Source: Antedon mediterranea
Lineage: Eukaryota > Animalia > Echinodermata
Assembly (NCBI RefSeq): GCF_964355755.1
Contig: NC_092673.1
Coordinates: forward strand, 21,759,648 to 21,823,647
Length of the DNA stretch: 64,000 nt
Reading direction: 5' to 3'
Below, one piece after another: positions 62,701-64,000 of this stretch (its first letter is position 1; every line of letters starts with the position of its first letter). Made by a program: the position numbers and the translations under genes. The notes below the pieces were generated by a model. The model saw nothing but the letters and a program-made list of their open reading frames with translations, was not told the DNA's origin and searched no databases.

Positions 62701-63587
62701 TAAACCATAGGTCCAGTGTACACACATTGCTCATGTGCACTTTAAAGAAACTAGTACATCTTTTGAGACGAGTAGGGGGTTACGTCGGTGTACTAGTTCA
62801 CAAACCAAGTCACTGTTGTGGACAGTTGTAATGTCGCCGTAATTGGCTGTCGGTGACACGATGGGACGCTTAGGGGAGAAGAATGTTGTTTTTAATTTTT
62901 CTTATTGAATACAAAGAATAGGAATGATTGAATATTACTTACTGAGTAAAACTTGGATTAGGATTGAGAAATGAAGAGATGGTTTCCTACCATGCTGGCA
63001 AATAAGCATCAAACATGCTGCTGCTGTCCTCCTAGTGGCAGCAGACGGTTTGTGTAAGTTAGGATAAAACACTTTCATCAAGTCCTGGGAAGAAAAATGA
63101 TTTAAAGAATTTCTACAGCCTATTTAAAGATTTAACATCATGTTAAATATAAGAAAATGAATGCGATTTTAGGTCTAATACCCTTTTCACATCTGCATTG
63201 TTACAACTTGTAACTATAGTTGTAACCACTACCAATTTGTTACATACGTTTTCATACTATTATTGTATATACACGAACCATGAGAAATCTCGGGAGAAAG
63301 AAAAGTTGCCCGCTATTTGATTACTATGATTGGTCAGTTTAATACCAGGACAAAACATGCGCACGCAATAACAACTCAGGGCATCTCTGAACAAAAACAG
63401 GTCTCTCATCGGTGTGTTTTTCTCCCGAGATTTCACAATGGAAAATTTTCTTCACACTATGCAAATTTGGTTACAAGTTGTAACTTTTTGCACGTGTAAA
63501 AAGAGTGTTACTTACCTTCACTTCAGTATCTGTAAGGAAACAACCAAGAACAGGAAGAACCTTATGCATGAAGCTAGCAAGGGTTTC
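29661..63587 (-). CDS. HTT: Huntingtin, multi-exon, 5' end (polyQ exon) outside the window
   Basis: 48 GT-AG exons read by eye, 5' to 3': 63516-63587, 62943-63084, 61844-62022, 59632-59827, 58623-59102, 58103-58318, 57856-58020, 55455-55549, 55106-55245, 54724-54784, 54534-54631, 53862-54126, 53095-53395, 51523-51719, 50891-51148, 50322-50429, 49144-49221, 48087-48307, 47820-47886, 47335-47496, 47120-47175, 46587-46735, 45961-46097, 45290-45406, 44753-44875, 44252-44475, 43866-43999, 41589-41731, 40941-41135, 40419-40522, 39800-40129, 38914-39034, 38000-38155, 36520-36939, 35938-36118, 35695-35748, 35144-35544, 34558-34890, 33971-34207, 33474-33629, 33132-33319, 32543-32663, 32096-32241, 31512-31682, 31056-31218, 30514-30674, 30127-30217, 29661-29780. 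Diagnostic peptides: [113 protein letters not shown]; C-terminus [18 protein letters not shown]. Confidence 0.97.
30218..30513 (-). other. U12-type (minor spliceosome) GT-AG intron of HTT
   Basis: 5' site GTATCCTT, branch site TTTCCTTAAC at 30231-30240 close to the CAG acceptor, no polypyrimidine tract. Confidence 0.9.
31786..32040 (+). mobile_element. tRNA-derived SINE; second copy at 33678-33925
   Basis: GGTTCGAATCC B box, TCCTTAGGCAAGACACTTTAC, AATGGGTACC; both copies share body and ATT tail. Confidence 0.8.
32740..33079 (-). mobile_element. 5S rRNA-derived SINE (5S head 32960-33079, tRNA-like and CORE-like body, TACAAA tail)
   Basis: TACGGCCATAC...CCGGTTCTCGTCAGATCACCGAAGTTAAGCAAC...GGATGGGAGACCG...GGGTGCTGTA, no oligo-T terminator, then GGTTCGAG and TCCTTAGGCAAGATGCTTTAC. 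Confidence 0.8.
35144..35544 (-). CDS. HTT: Huntingtin exon, C-HEAT region
   Basis: [22 protein letters not shown]...[27 protein letters not shown] is a conserved HTT block; canonical splice sites. Confidence 0.95.
37120..37410 (-). mobile_element. tRNA-derived SINE with CORE-like central domain
   Basis: A box TGGCGCAGTGG, anticodon-like arm CTTGCAA, B box GGTTCAAGCC, then TCCTTGAGCAAG...CACCCAGGTG...TGGGTACC. Confidence 0.8.
37417..37530 (-). mobile_element. Short tRNA-headed SINE-like repeat; second copy at 46450-46555
   Basis: Both begin AAGTCTCATTTGAGGCTTAG on + and end in a degenerate tRNA-like segment. Confidence 0.55.
37645..37906. mobile_element. TIR MITE
   Basis: GGAGAGGTGCGTCA / TGATGCACCTCTCC ends. 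Confidence 0.55.
39234..39762 (+). mobile_element. Third copy of the TTAA-flanked Kolobok-like MITE
   Basis: TTAA-AGTCCCATT...AGGGAATGGGTCT-TTAA; shares GCGGCCCGCTATAAAT and GCTAGGCTAGGCCTAA blocks. Confidence 0.8.
42283..43661 (-). mobile_element. 5'-truncated CR1/L2-group LINE: reverse transcriptase C-half, 3' UTR and poly(A) tail
   Basis: ORF 42753-43661 with [30 protein letters not shown] and HLGV motifs; 3' UTR stem-loop 42358-42420; T-tract 42283-42306. Confidence 0.92.
45600..45900 (+). mobile_element. tRNA-derived SINE with Deu/Nin-like domain; relatives at 47545-47770 (-), 62576-62885 (+), 20660-20810 (-), 34265-34400 (+)
   Basis: Shared AAGTCTTCTCGGATAAGGACTATAAACC-TAGGTCC...TGCACTTTAAAGA...GAGTAGGGG block. 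Confidence 0.75.
48781..48846 (-). mobile_element. Very short RTE-like LINE 3' end with (AAG)n tail, inserted in a MITE TIR
   Basis: TTCTTCTTCTTGGCTTTGCTTCGGGAACGAAGATTTTATG interrupts the family A TIR; family assignment from memory. Confidence 0.5.
52183..53053. repeat. 58-bp minisatellite, about 15 copies, HTT intron
   Basis: Unit AAAAAGAGTCTGAGAGGAGGGTATCCCATGCTAAACTCTAGTTGCGGTTAATGAGGTT. Confidence 0.97.
53457..53700 (-). mobile_element. L2-type LINE 3' fragment
   Basis: Minus strand reads [31 protein letters not shown], followed by a (TTGA)n tail. Confidence 0.75.
55781..55988. mobile_element. Palindromic MITE with TAACC(C/T) core
   Basis: Arms GAATATTTGGTAATACAACATCACATG / CATGTGATGCTGTATTACCAAATATTC. 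Confidence 0.7.
56063..57776 (+). mobile_element. HINE/DINE-1-like (Helentron-associated) composite element
   Basis: 5' ACTAGAAAGCCACTC...ACCTCCGCC, (ACAA/ACAG)n microsatellite, 3' stem-loop ACCTCCTTGGCGGAGGT; internal 270-bp direct repeat 56270-56540 and 57230-57500. Confidence 0.7.
58623..59102 (-). CDS. HTT: Huntingtin exon encoding the acidic, low-complexity disordered insert of the N-HEAT region
   Basis: Ser/Pro/Asp/Glu-rich open frame with AG and GTGAG boundaries, in phase with the next exon (GDIG|[24 protein letters not shown]). Confidence 0.85.
59887..61612 (-). mobile_element. Non-autonomous Helitron-like element; short relatives at 41761-41905 and 44510-44606
   Basis: 5' (TC)TATATATATAAATCCAAAGG start, 3' GC hairpin then AACACTAG end. 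Confidence 0.7.
59940..61572. repeat. 48-bp minisatellite, about 34 near-identical copies, inside a mini-Helitron in an HTT intron
   Basis: Unit TTTTGTATCTCCATTGAGATCCAGCCACTGATACCCACAGCATTGTCA. Confidence 0.97.
63179..63507. mobile_element. Harbinger-type MITE abutting an HTT splice donor
   Basis: Imperfect TIRs with GTTACAACTTGTAAC subterminal palindromes; TWA flanks. Confidence 0.65.
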
Positions 63588-64000
63588 CTTAAAAATAAAA
63601 CCACGAAACTACATGTTAAAACAAAATACGCAGCAATAAACACACAACAACATACAAGCCCACAAAGTAGAATACATACAATGGTTTTAATGGCCTAATA
63701 TTTGTCAACTCATTAAACAACTTCTCATTATCAAACACTTGAACTTATCATCTCAATATTCTACACAGAATAAAAAAATGATGCATCAAGGAATACGTGA
63801 ACATCACATTGATCAACATGCTAGGCTAACCAACTGCTTGAAGGAGTTGGTGGATATAATTTATTATATAACACCTAAACAAATTCCTGTCATTTTATTG
63901 GACGATTGTGGGTCACATGACCTGCAATAGTATGCACGTATAATCTCTCAACTCATGAATAAGACAACCGTGGATTCAACATTTATCAATAATAATATTA

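Noticed and set aside
63588-64000. HTT polyQ or N17 exon
   Set aside because: No CAG/CAA tract or exon seen; upstream exons are outside the window.

Overview
AT-rich, intron-rich animal genomic DNA, most likely an invertebrate deuterostome such as an echinoderm (inferred from protein similarity and SINE types, not proven). Three spliced genes can be read. (1) The first two coding exons of an LCOR/LCORL/E93-like transcription factor on the minus strand (19622-19724 and 5290-5355), split by a 14.3 kb intron. (2) A complete 147-aa MORN4 gene on the plus strand (20420-25706), head-to-head with the first. (3) 48 coding exons of huntingtin on the minus strand (29661-63587); the polyQ-bearing 5' exons lie beyond the window. 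Introns hold PIF/Harbinger-type MITEs, TTAA-targeting MITEs, Helitron/HINE-like elements, tRNA- and 5S-derived SINEs, LINE fragments and three minisatellites. Highlights: 5-bp TA-CAG/CTG/CGG-TA insertions in otherwise homogeneous repeats that look like Tc1/mariner excision footprints; a U12 minor-spliceosome intron in HTT; a 48-bp satellite born inside a mini-Helitron; an 18-bp MITE TIR match inside an HTT coding exon; a triplicated HTT stop-codon segment; a near-perfect 131-bp hairpin; and LCOR(L)-MORN4-HTT linkage matching the human 4p/10q paralogon. All coordinates were read by eye and may be off by a few bases; most ORF-track entries are spurious.
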